Source of the DNA: Gemmatimonadales bacterium
GTDB taxonomy: Bacteria > Gemmatimonadota > Gemmatimonadetes > Gemmatimonadales > GWC2-71-9
DNA length: 64,000 nt
Assembly: GCA_041741375.1 (NCBI GenBank)
Contig: JBGSKF010000151.1
Coordinates: forward strand, 696 to 64,695
Direction: 5' to 3'
Of the stretch, positions 1 to 9,996 are shown piece by piece (the first letter of the stretch is position 1; each line of letters begins with the position of its first letter). Under the pieces are notes generated by a model. The model made no database searches and had not been told where the DNA came from. It saw nothing but the letters and a program-made list of their open reading frames with translations. Both the position numbers and the translations under genes were made by a program.

Positions 1-2311
1 CCGCGATCCCGATCCCATCGGGCTTGACGAAACCGCGCGCCAGGAGCGACTGGACCCCGGGGACGATGGCCTTCTCGGCATCGGGACCGGGGTATCCGGT
101 GGTATAGGCGATGTCGGGCATGAACACCAGATACCCGTTCGACACGTACCAGGTCGGTTGGACGGTGTTCCGCGGGTGGGTCATGACGTAGCTGTGGAGG
201 TTGTCGCTCAGCTTCTCGTAGAAGTACACCACCATCGGGTACTGCTTCGAGGGATCGAAATCATCGGGCTTGAAGAGCATCCCCTGCAGCGGAACCCCAT
301 CGTCGCTGTTCCAGGACACGAGCTCCACGTCGCCCCAGCGGATTCCCGCCTGCTGGGGGTTCGCGTCGCTGATCCGGGTGAGGCGGTCCAGGCGCTCGCC
401 GGCCCAGAGATCGGGGAACTCGCGGAAGGTGGAGCGGGTGACGGTCATCATCGTGCCCTTCCGCGCGCGGGACGGCGCGCCCCAGGCATGGTCGGACATG
501 ACGATCGGGGAGGGAGGGGACGCGCGCCGGTCGATCCGGTCGGTCCAGAAGCCGCTCTGCTTCGAGATCTCCTGGAAGGCGCTCAGGAGCAGGTCCTCGT
601 CCTCGGCGATCCACGGGTCGTCGCGGTCGAGGTCGACGAGCCGAAAGGTGATCTGTCCGGTGCGGCCCGCCGAGTCGGTGACCACCCGAGGGGGCCGGGA
701 CCCCGAGGGATCGAACTCCCAGATGTCGTACCGGTCGTACAGGAGGACGCTCCCGTCGTTCCGGGTCCATCCGGCCACGCCCCAGGGAGCCGGCTCGCTC
801 GGCGTGTCCCAGGTTTCCCGGTCAAATCGGACGTCGGGGAGGGCGGCGTTGAGCGGTGCCGTGGTGCCGCGACGCACATCGTGGCTGAACCAGGTTCCCT
901 TGTCGAACCAGAGGGCGTAGCGGCCCCCGGGGCTCAGGGTGCCCCCGAAGCGGGCGCGGGTGGCCACCTGACGGTGGTCGCCGGTTTCTGTGTTGATCAC
1001 ATGGATGTCGTTCCCTCCCTCACCCCACATCGCCTCGATCCGGTAGGGCTCGCCCGTGACGCCGAGAGCGGTCCGGCCGTCGTTCGCCACCGTCACCTGG
1101 GGAAGATCGGGGCTTCCGAGCGGGATCACTCTCCGGAGCCGGGGCTGCCACACGGCGGCGTAGGTGGCGTTCCGGTCGCGCCGAGCCTCTACCTGCTGCT
1201 GCGGTTGAAGCCGGGCGTCGCGATAGTGCCAGAGGTCCACGACGGCCTTGTCCCGCAGGCTGTCGAGCGGGACCGAATCGGGGAGGATGGGGGCGAGGGA
1301 GAACACCAGGGCCGAGCCATCGCGCACGAACTCGAGCCGCCCTCGCTCCGCCACCGTCATCCCCCTCCCCGCACTGTCCGGGGTGGCCACCACCTGGGTG
1401 GTGGCTCCCCGCGGGGTGAGGGTGGTGACGTAGAGACTCATGCGGGGAGACGCCGTGGTATCCCCTCGGTCGGACACGAAAGCAACCTGGGTCCCGGAAC
1501 GGGCAAACACCGCCTGGCCATAGGTTCCTGGCCCCACGAGGAGCGGGGCGATGGTTCCGGAGGGGAGGGCGCGAAGGTACACCCCGTTGCTGTCGGCGCT
1601 GCGACTGCTGACGCTGTAGGCCAGGTAACGGGCGCTGTCCTCCAGGGCAAAGCTGCGGACATCGGGAATGCGGATCTCCGCGCCGGTGTCGAGGTCCCGA
1701 AGCACCAGCGTGGTGCCGGGCTCGGGTCCCCGCCGCCGTACGGGGGCCGTGCCATTGCTATCTGCGGGGGCTCGCGAGGCGCTGTCGGCCTCCAGCAGCC
1801 AGGCGAGGTAGCGCCCCGATTCCCGGGCCATGCGGAAGGACCGGACCCGGTCCACCGTCTCCAGTTCCCCCGTCCGGACCTGCCAGATGCCGAGCCGGTT
1901 CCGCGGGGCATTGGCTCGTCCGCGCCCCCGGGCGGGGAGACCCTCGACCGAGTCCCGCGGGGGGAAGATGGTGAAGGCGAGGGTGCGGCTGTTCGCGCTC
2001 CAGACCGCGGGAGGAACCCGGAAGCCCGAATCGGCGGAGGGACGGAGCTCCGGACGCCCCACGTACCCCCGGGAGAATCGGTGCTCCGTGGTACCGGTTG
2101 TGGCCCGGATGACCAGGTCCCCATTGCCCACCTGCGGCGCCAGGGTCCAGGCGGTCCACTGCCCGTCCGGCGAAAGGGCCGGGGCGGCGATCGACTTCCA
2201 GTGATCAAAATCGTTCTGGGTCAGGGGGCGGCGGGTTCCCGATTGGGCGGCGAGGGACGGCGCCAGGATCAGGGCCAGGAGGAGCGGCAACAGGGCGGGG
2301 TGCGATCTCAT
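1..2311 (-). CDS. S9 family (prolyl oligopeptidase-like) secreted peptidase, 3' end runs off the window
   Basis: Manual minus-strand translation from ATG 2311: signal peptide MRSHPALLPLLLALILAPSLAAQ, then 'LTQNDFDHWKSI..LSPDGQW'. Near the edge 'SNGYLVFMPDIAY..GYPG', typical of S9 catalytic domains. Absent from the ORF track because it has no stop in the window. Confidence 0.85.
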   Translation of the reverse strand, partial: MRSHPALLPLLLALILAPSLAAQSGTRRPLTQNDFDHWKSIAAPALSPDGQWTAWTLAPQVGNGDLVIRATTGTTEHRFSRGYVGRPELRPSADSGFRVPPAVWSANSRTLAFTIFPPRDSVEGLPARGRGRANAPRNRLGIWQVRTGELETVDRVRSFRMARESGRYLAWLLEADSASRAPADSNGTAPVRRRGPEPGTTLVLRDLDTGAEIRIPDVRSFALEDSARYLAYSVSSRSADSNGVYLRALPSGTIAPLLVGPGTYGQAVFARSGTQVAFVSDRGDTTASPRMSLYVTTLTPRGATTQVVATPDSAGRGMTVAERGRLEFVRDGSALVFSLAPILPDSVPLDSLRDKAVVDLWHYRDARLQPQQQVEARRDRNATYAAVWQPRLRRVIPLGSPDLPQVTVANDGRTALGVTGEPYRIEAMWGEGGNDIHVINTETGDHRQVATRARFGGTLSPGGRYALWFDKGTWFSHDVRRGTTAPLNAALPDVRFDRETWDTPSEPAPWGVAGWTRNDGSVLLYDRYDIWEFDPSGSRPPRVVTDSAGRTGQITFRLVDLDRDDPWIAEDEDLLLSAFQEISKQSGFWTDRIDRRASPPSPIVMSDHAWGAPSRARKGTMMTVTRSTFREFPDLWAGERLDRLTRISDANPQQAGIRWGDVELVSWNSDDGVPLQGMLFKPDDFDPSKQYPMVVYFYEKLSDNLHSYVMTHPRNTVQPTWYVSNGYLVFMPDIAYTTGYPGPDAEKAIVPGVQSLLARGFVKPDGIGIA

Positions 2312-2423
2312 GGGGTCACCAGGTGGCGGACGAGGTTGCCGGAAGTCGGCGTGTTGTCATAGCTTGGATGGCCCCCGCGACGATCCGGGGGGGGAAGGCC
2401 ACCCTGGGAGCGGGAGTTATCAC

Positions 2424-3113
2424 ATGACGGATATCGCACAATTTGTTGACGCGGTCAAGCGGGGTGACCTCGGAAAGGTGGAGCTGCTTCTGGCCCGGGA
2501 GCGGGATCTGGTTCGCGCCACGGATGACCATGGTGTCTCCGTCATTCTCCTCGCCCTCTATCATCGGCATCCCGCCGTGGCGGAGGCACTGGTTTCCCGG
2601 CGCACCCGGCTCTCGATGCCCGAAGCGTGCGCCCTCGGCCGGCTCGATGAGGCCCGGTCCATCATCGCCGCGAACAAGGAGCATGCCCGGATGCCCGCGC
2701 CGGACGGACACACGCCGCTCGGCCTCGCCTCCTTTTTCGGACATGTCGAGATGGTGGCCCTCCTGCTGGACAACGGGGCGGACCCGACGATTCCGTCGGC
2801 GAATTCGATGCATGTGACTCCGCTGCACAGTGCGGTGGCCGTGGCCGAGCCCGATCACGCACTCGCGAATGTGCGCCAGCTGCTGGCGCACGGGGCGGAC
2901 CCCGACGCGAAGCAGCAGGGGGGGTGGACGGCGCTGCACGCGGCGGCGCAACGCGGGCTGCGGGACGTTGTGGCCGCTCTGCTGGAGGCCGGGGCGAGCC
3001 CCGCGCCGGTTTCCGATGACGGGATCACCCCCGCCATGCTGGCGCGGAAGGGGGGACTGGAGAGCCTGGCCGCCTCCCTGGAGAGCCGGAAAACAGTGAA
3101 CAGTGAACAATGA
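2424..3113 (+). CDS. ankyrin repeat protein
   Basis: Repeated GxTPLH/GWTALHAAA..G..L..GADP ankyrin motifs; start MTDIAQF after a GGGAG RBS. Confidence 0.9.
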   Translation: MTDIAQFVDAVKRGDLGKVELLLARERDLVRATDDHGVSVILLALYHRHPAVAEALVSRRTRLSMPEACALGRLDEARSIIAANKEHARMPAPDGHTPLGLASFFGHVEMVALLLDNGADPTIPSANSMHVTPLHSAVAVAEPDHALANVRQLLAHGADPDAKQQGGWTALHAAAQRGLRDVVAALLEAGASPAPVSDDGITPAMLARKGGLESLAASLESRKTVNSEQ

Positions 3114-3163
3114 ACGTGAACAATGAACAGTGAACAATGAACAATGAACAATGAACAGTGAAC
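3092..3163 (+). repeat. heptamer tandem array (AACARTG)n, about 10 copies, overlapping the ankyrin stop
   Basis: aacagtg aacagtg aacaatg aacgtg aacaatg aacagtg aacaatg... read directly. Confidence 0.95.
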
Positions 3164-3200
3164 GCGGGTCCAGAAGGAAGCTCATGCGGCAGTCATCCGG

Positions 3201-3223
3201 AGGGCGAATGTAATTCGCCCTAC
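3201..3223 (-). repeat. GTAG-type REP-like palindrome (GTAGGGCGAATTACATTCGCCCT)
   Basis: GTAG followed by a GGGCGAAT/ATTCGCCC stem; near-identical copy at 60159-60182. Confidence 0.75.
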
Positions 3224-3225
3224 GA

Positions 3226-3317
3226 TTCCCTATTCCCTGTTCCCTATTCCCTATTCCCTATTCCCTATTCCCTATTCCCTATTCCCTATTCCATATTCCT
3301 GACACCCTACTCCCTGC
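3226..3317 (-). repeat. heptamer array (TTCCCTA)n, i.e. (TAGGGAA)n downstream of arginase
   Basis: About 10 near-perfect TTCCCTA copies followed by CCCTACT CCCTGCT. Confidence 0.95.
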
Positions 3318-3318
3318 T

Positions 3319-4227
3319 TCAGAGGATCCGCAGGCCAAACGCGCTGGTCACCAGGCCGACGGCGAGCTCCGCCGTCCGGTTGTGGGCATCGAGCACCGGG
3401 TTGATCTCCACGATGTCCATCGACACCAGTTTCTGGGAATCGGCGATCAACTCCATCGCCAGGTGACCCTCACGGTACGTGGCTCCTCCGCGAACCGGGG
3501 TTCCGACGCCGGGCGCCTCCCCCGGGTCGATCCAGTCGGCATCGCAGGACACATGGATCCCTCCCGTGTCGCGACCGGCGATCGCGATGGCGTCGGTCAT
3601 CACCGCCTTGAGCCCCCGTTCGTCGATCTCGCGCATGGTGAAGGTGCGGGCGCCGAATTCCTGGATGTGCCTCCTCTCCGCGGGATCGAGATCGCGGACC
3701 CCGACCAGCGCCACATTCTCGGAGCGGACGGCCGGGTAGACCGAGGCGAGGCGGGCCATGCGCGGGTCTCCATGACCGAGCAGATGGGCCACGGGCATGC
3801 CGTGGATGTTGCCGCTCAGGGAGCTCTCCGGCGTGTTGAGGTCGCCGTGGGCATCGAGCCAGATGAGGCCGAGCCGCTGGTCCCGCTCGGCGAGGGCGGT
3901 GGCGACGCCGGCCACGGAGCCGGCGCCGATTGAGTGGTCCCCGCCGAGCACCAGGGGCGAGCACCCGTCGCGGATGGCGGCGGCGGTGGCCTCGGCGAGG
4001 AGCCGGCACGCCTCGACGATGACGGGAAGGAGGTCGAGGCCCTCGGGGCCCGCAGGAATGGCGTCGCGGTCGGGGATCGGGATGTTGCCGATGTCCTCGA
4101 CGTCGTGCCCGATCTGCCGGAGACAACGGCCGAGCTGAGCGATGCGGAGCGCGGAAGGCCCCATGTCGACGCCGCGGCGGCTGGCGCCGAGATCGAGGGG
4201 GACACCGATGAGTCGAATGCGGGTCAT
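3319..4227 (-). CDS. rocF: arginase
   Basis: MTRIRLIGVPLDLGASRRGVDMGP; GGDHS, DAHGD, SCDADWIDP and GTPVRGG Mn-binding ureohydrolase motifs. Confidence 0.93.
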   Translation of the reverse strand: MTRIRLIGVPLDLGASRRGVDMGPSALRIAQLGRCLRQIGHDVEDIGNIPIPDRDAIPAGPEGLDLLPVIVEACRLLAEATAAAIRDGCSPLVLGGDHSIGAGSVAGVATALAERDQRLGLIWLDAHGDLNTPESSLSGNIHGMPVAHLLGHGDPRMARLASVYPAVRSENVALVGVRDLDPAERRHIQEFGARTFTMREIDERGLKAVMTDAIAIAGRDTGGIHVSCDADWIDPGEAPGVGTPVRGGATYREGHLAMELIADSQKLVSMDIVEINPVLDAHNRTAELAVGLVTSAFGLRIL

Positions 4228-4239
4228 GGAGGCTCCGGG

Positions 4240-4284
4240 ACAATGGACAATGAGCAATGAACAATGAACAATGAACCATGAACC
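4240..4284. repeat. heptamer array (ACAATGA)n, about 6 copies, immediately upstream of the arginase start
   Basis: acaatgg acaatga gcaatga acaatga acaatga accatga. Confidence 0.93.
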
Positions 4285-4429
4285 GGGGAGAATGAATAGC
4301 CCGATCGGACTCCGGGGCTGCAGGGGGGAAGGGTCCGTGGGTCCCCGGCCCTCGCCTTGCCGTGCGGTCGATTCGGCGCCAATTTCCCTTGTCCGCGATC
4401 CGCCGCTTCCCCCACGGAGACATCTCCCG

Positions 4430-7030
4430 ATGACACGACTTCCCGGTGCCCGGCTCGGGCTCCTCCGCCGGCTTGGGCTCCTTGCGCTCCTGCTCGTGGC
4501 TCTCGCTCCCGCTCCCGCTCCCATCCTGGCGCAGGAGCCCGGCTCTGCCGCCCTGAAGCAGGCTCCGGAGGCCAACTGGAGGCTCGCGGCGCGCTTTGCA
4601 CCGTACAAGATCCGCAAACTCGTCTACAGCACCTCCGTGACCCCCCGTTGGATCGAGGGGAGCGAGCGCTTCTGGTACGAGTGGGAAACCTCCGCCGGGA
4701 AGCGGTTCATGCTGGTGGACCCGGTGGCGGGAACCAAGCGTCAGTTCATTGACAACGATCGCCTCGCCGCCGAAATCACCCGCATCACCAGGGATCCGTG
4801 GGACGGACAGCATCTCCCGATCCGGAAGATCAAGTTCCTCGACGCCAACACGCTCCAGTTCGAGGTGGAGTCCTCCCAGGACGAGGAACGCGCCGACGCC
4901 GATTCGGCGCGCGGACAGCAGCAGGACCAGCGTCAGGGCGCCGCGCGCCGACCCCGCCCGAAGAAGAAGGTGTTCCACTTCGAGTACGATGTGCAGACCG
5001 GCGCCCTGCGCGAGCTGACCGACCGCCAGGCCCCGGACAACCATCCGTCGTGGGCCAGTGTGTCGCCCGACGGGGCCACGATCATCTTTGCCCGGAAGCA
5101 CAACCTCTTCCTGATGGACAGCGCCGCCTACCGCCAGGTGCTCGAGGCGCGCCGCGGAAAGGAAGGCGCCGCCGCGGACAGCGCGGACTGGAAGGTGGAG
5201 GTGGCGGAGGTGCAGCTCACCACCGACGGCGAGGAACACTTCAGCTACGCGGGGCGGGACTTCGGGGAGAAGGACGAGGACCGGGACAAGAGCGCCGACC
5301 GGCGCAAGCGGACCGTCATCTCCTGGTCGAAGGACTCCCGGCGGTTTGCCCTGGTGCGGCAGGACCAGCGGAAGGTGGGGGATCTCTGGGTCATCCACTC
5401 GACCGGCAACACCCGCCCGCAGCTCGAGACCTACAAGTACGACATGCCGGGGGAGAAGGACGTCACCCAGTCCCACCTCCTGATCTACGACCTGACGCAG
5501 CGGGGCATGGTGACGGTGAAGGCCGAGGCCTTCAAGGACCAGCGGATCGGCATCTTCAACGCCCGGCAGTTCCTCTATCCCGACAGCGACGAGCCCCGCC
5601 GCCAGCTCTGGCTCTCCGACGACTCCAACGAGCTCCATTTCTGGCGCCGGAGCCGCGACCAGCACCGGGTCGACGTGGTCGTGGCCAACGCCGCCACCGG
5701 CGACGTGCGGGTGTTGATCGAGGAGCGGCTCAACACCTACGTGGAGCACCAGACCCCGGAACGCCTCGCCTCGGGTGATCTCCTCTGGTGGTCGGAACGG
5801 GACGGCTGGGCCCACCTCTACCGGTACGGGCCGGATGGCACCCTCAAGGCGCGGTTGACCGAGGGCCCCTGGCATGTGGGTGGGATCGAGGGAGTCGATG
5901 AGGCGCGTGGTCTCGTGTATCTGACGGCCAACGGACGGGAGAGGGGAGAGGATCCCTACTATCAGCACCTCTACCGGGTGGGGCTCGACGGGCGGGGCCT
6001 CACCCTCCTCAACAGCGGCGACTTCGACCACCGCTCCGATCTGGGCGCCAGCCGCCGTTTCGCTGTGAACAACTACTCCCGCGTGAACACCACTCCCGCG
6101 GCCGCGTTGGTGGATGTCACCACGGGGCGGAAGGTTCTTGACCTGGAGGAGGCCGACTTCTCCAAACTGATGGAATCGGGGTACCGTTTCCCCGAGCCGT
6201 ACACGGTGAAGGCCGCGGATGGCATCACCGATCTCTATGGCGTCATCTACAAGCCCTTCGACTTCGACTCGACACGGCGGTATCCGCTCATCGAGTACGT
6301 CTACCCCGGTCCCCAGACCGAGGCGGTGAGCAAGTCGTTCTCCACCAACGCGCCGGAAACGGGGCTCGCCCAGTTCGGCTTCATCGTCGTGACGATCGGG
6401 AATCGGGGCGGACACCCCGACCGCTCCAAGTGGTACCACAACCAGGGGTACGGCGACCTGCGGGACTACGGCCTCGCCGACAAGAAGGTGACGGTGGAGC
6501 AGCTCGCCGACCGGCACTCCTGGATCGACCCCGACCGGGTGGGGATCTATGGCCACTCCGGCGGGGGATTCATGTCCACCGCCGCGATGCTGGTCTACCC
6601 CGATCTCTTCAAGGTGGCGGTCTCCTCCTCGGGGAACCACGAGAACAACATCTACAATCAGAACTGGTCGGAAAAGCACCACGGAGTGAAGGAAGTGGCC
6701 CGGGGGGACAGCATCACCTTCGAGTACGCCATCGAGAAGAACTCGGAACTGGCCCGCAACCTGAAGGGTCACCTGATGCTGACCACGGGGGACATCGACA
6801 ACAACGTCCATCCCGGCGGAACCTTCCGCATGGCCGAGGCGTTGATCAAGGCGAACAAGCGCTTCGACTTCTTCATCTTCCCGGGCCAGCGGCACGGCTA
6901 TGGCAACATGAGCGACTACTGGTTCTGGCTCCGCTCGGAGTACTTCGTCCGCCACCTGCTCGGCGACACGCGGGGGAACGTGAACATCGCGGAACTCGAC
7001 CTGGAGCGGGATCCGCCCCGCGGGAACTGA
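4430..7030 (+). CDS. S9 family dipeptidyl-peptidase IV-like peptidase
   Basis: Signal peptide, DPP-IV beta-propeller, nucleophile motif GHSGGG, DNNVH and QRHGY catalytic Asp/His. Confidence 0.92.
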   Translation: MTRLPGARLGLLRRLGLLALLLVALAPAPAPILAQEPGSAALKQAPEANWRLAARFAPYKIRKLVYSTSVTPRWIEGSERFWYEWETSAGKRFMLVDPVAGTKRQFIDNDRLAAEITRITRDPWDGQHLPIRKIKFLDANTLQFEVESSQDEERADADSARGQQQDQRQGAARRPRPKKKVFHFEYDVQTGALRELTDRQAPDNHPSWASVSPDGATIIFARKHNLFLMDSAAYRQVLEARRGKEGAAADSADWKVEVAEVQLTTDGEEHFSYAGRDFGEKDEDRDKSADRRKRTVISWSKDSRRFALVRQDQRKVGDLWVIHSTGNTRPQLETYKYDMPGEKDVTQSHLLIYDLTQRGMVTVKAEAFKDQRIGIFNARQFLYPDSDEPRRQLWLSDDSNELHFWRRSRDQHRVDVVVANAATGDVRVLIEERLNTYVEHQTPERLASGDLLWWSERDGWAHLYRYGPDGTLKARLTEGPWHVGGIEGVDEARGLVYLTANGRERGEDPYYQHLYRVGLDGRGLTLLNSGDFDHRSDLGASRRFAVNNYSRVNTTPAAALVDVTTGRKVLDLEEADFSKLMESGYRFPEPYTVKAADGITDLYGVIYKPFDFDSTRRYPLIEYVYPGPQTEAVSKSFSTNAPETGLAQFGFIVVTIGNRGGHPDRSKWYHNQGYGDLRDYGLADKKVTVEQLADRHSWIDPDRVGIYGHSGGGFMSTAAMLVYPDLFKVAVSSSGNHENNIYNQNWSEKHHGVKEVARGDSITFEYAIEKNSELARNLKGHLMLTTGDIDNNVHPGGTFRMAEALIKANKRFDFFIFPGQRHGYGNMSDYWFWLRSEYFVRHLLGDTRGNVNIAELDLERDPPRGN

Positions 7031-7032
7031 CC

Positions 7033-7707
7033 ATGGAGATCCTGGTGGTGGACATCGGGGGGACCAACGTGAAGGTCCGGAGGAGCGGGCAGGAGGCGCC
7101 GATCCGGATCCCCTCCGGGTCCACCATGACTCCGGACACCATGATGGAGCAGATCGCCGCGGAGATCACCGGGTGGACCCATGACGTGGTGGCGATCGGC
7201 TATCCCGGGATCGTCCGGGACGGAGCGCCGGTGGCGGAGCCGCAGAACCTGGGGCCCGGATGGGTCGGCTTCGACTTTGCCGCCGCGTTCGGCCGGCCGG
7301 TGCGCCTCGTCAACGATGCCGCGATGCAGGCCCTCGGCGGGTATGCCGGGGGCCGGATGCTCTATCTCGGCGTGGGCACCGGTCTCGGCTCGGCGCTGAT
7401 GGTGGAGGGCGTGCTCCAGCCGCTGGAGCTGGCCCATCTCCCCTACCGGAAGGGAAGAACCTTCGAGGAGGAGGTGGGCCGCGAGGGCCGGGAACGCCTC
7501 GGGAAGAAGAAGTGGCGCCGCCGGGTGATCGACGTGGTGCACCGGCTCGCCACCGCAATGCAGGCCGATTCGGTGCTGCTTGGGGGTGGCGAGGCAAAGC
7601 GTCTCGCCTCGCGGATCGACAAGCTGCCTCCGGGCACGCGCATCGGCTCGAACGAGGATGCCTTCACCGGCGGACTCCGGATGTGGGAGACGGCGCAGGC
7701 TCCCTGA
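7033..7707 (+). CDS. ROK family kinase (polyphosphate glucokinase-like)
   Basis: VDIGGTNVK, VNDAAMQA, GVGTGLGSA and ELAHL motifs; 2 bp after the peptidase stop. Confidence 0.85.
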   Translation: MEILVVDIGGTNVKVRRSGQEAPIRIPSGSTMTPDTMMEQIAAEITGWTHDVVAIGYPGIVRDGAPVAEPQNLGPGWVGFDFAAAFGRPVRLVNDAAMQALGGYAGGRMLYLGVGTGLGSALMVEGVLQPLELAHLPYRKGRTFEEEVGREGRERLGKKKWRRRVIDVVHRLATAMQADSVLLGGGEAKRLASRIDKLPPGTRIGSNEDAFTGGLRMWETAQAP

Positions 7708-8836
7708 GCGCTCGCTCGGCGGCCACGACCTCCCTCACGGCGAGCACGAGCCGCTCCAGGTCTCCGTCACCCAGATCCCCCATCATCGCCACCCGGAACA
7801 CCGCCCGCGCCAGCGCACCCTGCCCCGCATAGATCACGAACCCCCGTTTCTTGAGCCCGTCGTGCAGTGCGTCATACGACACACCGGCCGGAAGCTGCCA
7901 GGAGCGCAACGCCACCGAGGACTCCTCCGTCCGGAGAAGCGGTGCCATTCCCATCGCGTCGAACCCCCGGGCCACAATGCGAGCCCTCGTCTCGTAGCGT
8001 GCCCGGCGTGCCGCCACTCCCCCTTGTTCGGCATGTTCCCGCAGCGCCTCGACGCATGCCTGCATCGCGGTGACCGGCGGCGTGAAGGGTGTTCCCCGCA
8101 GGTCCTGCGCGCGGCACCAGGTGCCGAGATCGAGGGAGAGGGTGCGGGGCGTGACGGAGGGTGGGAGGAGCGCGTTCCGACGGACGATCACGAAGGCCAC
8201 CCCCGGAACACCGTGCAGACACTTGTTGGCGGTGCCGGCGCAGGCGGTGATTCCCCAGGCTTCGAAGTCGATCGGTTCCGCTCCGAAGCTGCTGACGGCG
8301 TCGAGGAGGATACCCGCGCCCCGGTCCCGGCAGGCGGCGCCAATCCGGGCGATCGGGTTGAGCCGACCGGTGGTGGTCTCGTGGTGGACCACCGCGAGAT
8401 GAGTCGGGCAGGGGCTGTGGTCGAGGAGGCCGGTGACCGCGTCGAGGGGAATGCCGGCGCCCCACGGGAGGGTCAGGCGGGTGTGGGTGATGCCGTGGAT
8501 CGTGGCGATCCGGGAGAGGCGCTCGCCGTAGACCCCGTTCTCCACCACGGCCAGGGATCCGGTGGCGGGCACGAGGCTGCTCACCATCGCTTCCATCGCC
8601 GTGGTGCCGGATCCTCCGAGGAGAACCGCGGCCCATGTCGCCGGGTCCAGGTTGTACACCTCGAGGAGACGGCGGCGCACTTCGTCCTGCAGGTCGGCGT
8701 ACTCCGTTTCCCGGTGGCAGAGATCAGGCCCGTTCAGCGCGGCACGCACCCGGGCCGAGAGGGTGACGGGACCCGGGTTGAGCAAAAGGGTCCGATCGGC
8801 TGCGTTGATGGGGTCGGGATTCATGGCGCGCGCCAC
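7664..8836 (-). CDS. aepZ: 2-aminoethylphosphonate aminotransferase (PLP, class V)
   Basis: LLNPGPVT, HHETTTG, DAVSSFG, ANKCLHGVPG (PLP Lys) and FVIYAGQG; downstream of ppd. Start may be 8824. Confidence 0.9.
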   Translation of the reverse strand: MARAMNPDPINAADRTLLLNPGPVTLSARVRAALNGPDLCHRETEYADLQDEVRRRLLEVYNLDPATWAAVLLGGSGTTAMEAMVSSLVPATGSLAVVENGVYGERLSRIATIHGITHTRLTLPWGAGIPLDAVTGLLDHSPCPTHLAVVHHETTTGRLNPIARIGAACRDRGAGILLDAVSSFGAEPIDFEAWGITACAGTANKCLHGVPGVAFVIVRRNALLPPSVTPRTLSLDLGTWCRAQDLRGTPFTPPVTAMQACVEALREHAEQGGVAARRARYETRARIVARGFDAMGMAPLLRTEESSVALRSWQLPAGVSYDALHDGLKKRGFVIYAGQGALARAVFRVAMMGDLGDGDLERLVLAVREVVAAERALREPAPSPTSGVRR

Positions 8837-9996
8837 AGGGTGGCTCCGATATGGGACATGAGGCGCTCTGTGACCTGAACCGGAGTGAGGTGGGGACGAG
8901 GGAGACGGCCGGCGATGCCGGGCCGGATGCGAAGGTGGAGGAAGCGGGGACCGGGGCGGGGTTCCGGGCTGGTGAGGAGAGCGTCGATGGCGTCGAGCCG
9001 GTGGGACGCGAATGCCTGATGGTAGCCGCAGGCTGCCGCGATGCCGGCAAAATGGACCCTGGAAGAGACGGTCGGTTGTCCCCCGGTGGACTCGTGCATC
9101 TGATTGTCCAGGAGGAGGTGGATCAGGTTGCCTCCCGCCTGTGCCCCGATGGTGGCGAAGGTGCCCATCCGCATCAGGGCGGCACCGTCTCCATCAACCA
9201 CCACGACCCGGAGGTCGGGCCGGGCCTGGGAGAGCCCGAGGCCCACGGCGGTGGCGCACCCCATGGAGCCGACCATGTAGAAGTGATTGGGCCGGTCCTC
9301 TCGGGCATAGAGCTCCCGACCGGTGTACCCCGTCGTGGCGATCACCACGGTGGCGCCATCGGGCCGTGTGTGCTCGAGAAGCCGGCCGAGGGCCTCGGCA
9401 CGGGTGGGCCACTGCGCGGGGTCACTCACCTCCTCTTCCGGCGTGGGGCTGACCGGCCTCGAGGGGGGAACACTCCGCACGATTCGCGGGGGACGCGGGG
9501 CGATGGTTCCCTTGCGCATCAGCAGCGCGAAGGGGCGGTGGCCGGTGCGCAGGTGCTGGAGTGCGCGCTGGAGAACGGAGGCCACGGTCGCGGATTCGTT
9601 CGGGAAGTACTCCCATGGCACCTGCATCGTGTCCAGCAGGGATCCGGTGATCCGCCCCATCAGCTCATGCTGGGGCTCGTCCTTCAGGTCCGGTGCCCCG
9701 CGCCAGGTGACGATCAGGAGAACCGGGAGCCGGAAGACCCAGGCGAGCGAGGTGAGGGGGCTCACCGCGTTGCCGAGGCCGGAGTTCTGCATCATCGCGA
9801 TGCCGGGGTGCCCGCCGAGGGCGGCGCCGGCCATGGCGGCCACGGCCTCACCTTCATTTGCGGCCGTGAGACAGGGAAGCCCGGCATCGTCGATCACGTG
9901 GTCGAGGAACGGGGTGAGAAAGGAGCAGGGCACCCCGGCGTACCGGGCAAGGCCGAGGTCGCGAGCCGGGGTGACGAACTCCGAGGCCTCGATCAC
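8821..9996 (-). CDS. aepY: phosphonopyruvate decarboxylase
   Basis: [36 protein letters not shown] and [11 protein letters not shown]-binding motif. Confidence 0.95.
   Translation of the reverse strand: MIEASEFVTPARDLGLARYAGVPCSFLTPFLDHVIDDAGLPCLTAANEGEAVAAMAGAALGGHPGIAMMQNSGLGNAVSPLTSLAWVFRLPVLLIVTWRGAPDLKDEPQHELMGRITGSLLDTMQVPWEYFPNESATVASVLQRALQHLRTGHRPFALLMRKGTIAPRPPRIVRSVPPSRPVSPTPEEEVSDPAQWPTRAEALGRLLEHTRPDGATVVIATTGYTGRELYAREDRPNHFYMVGSMGCATAVGLGLSQARPDLRVVVVDGDGAALMRMGTFATIGAQAGGNLIHLLLDNQMHESTGGQPTVSSRVHFAGIAAACGYHQAFASHRLDAIDALLTSPEPRPGPRFLHLRIRPGIAGRLPRPHLTPVQVTERLMSHIGATLWRAP

Noticed and set aside
7664-7707. 44-bp convergent overlap of the ROK kinase and AEP transaminase (also 13 bp for fadJ and the kinase)
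   Set aside because: Short tail-to-tail overlaps are common in GC-rich genomes; no evidence of function.
7664-8836. Phosphonate catabolism (phnW-phnX)
   Set aside because: The transaminase is coupled to pepM and ppd, and no phnX, phnA or C-P lyase genes are present, so the context is biosynthetic.
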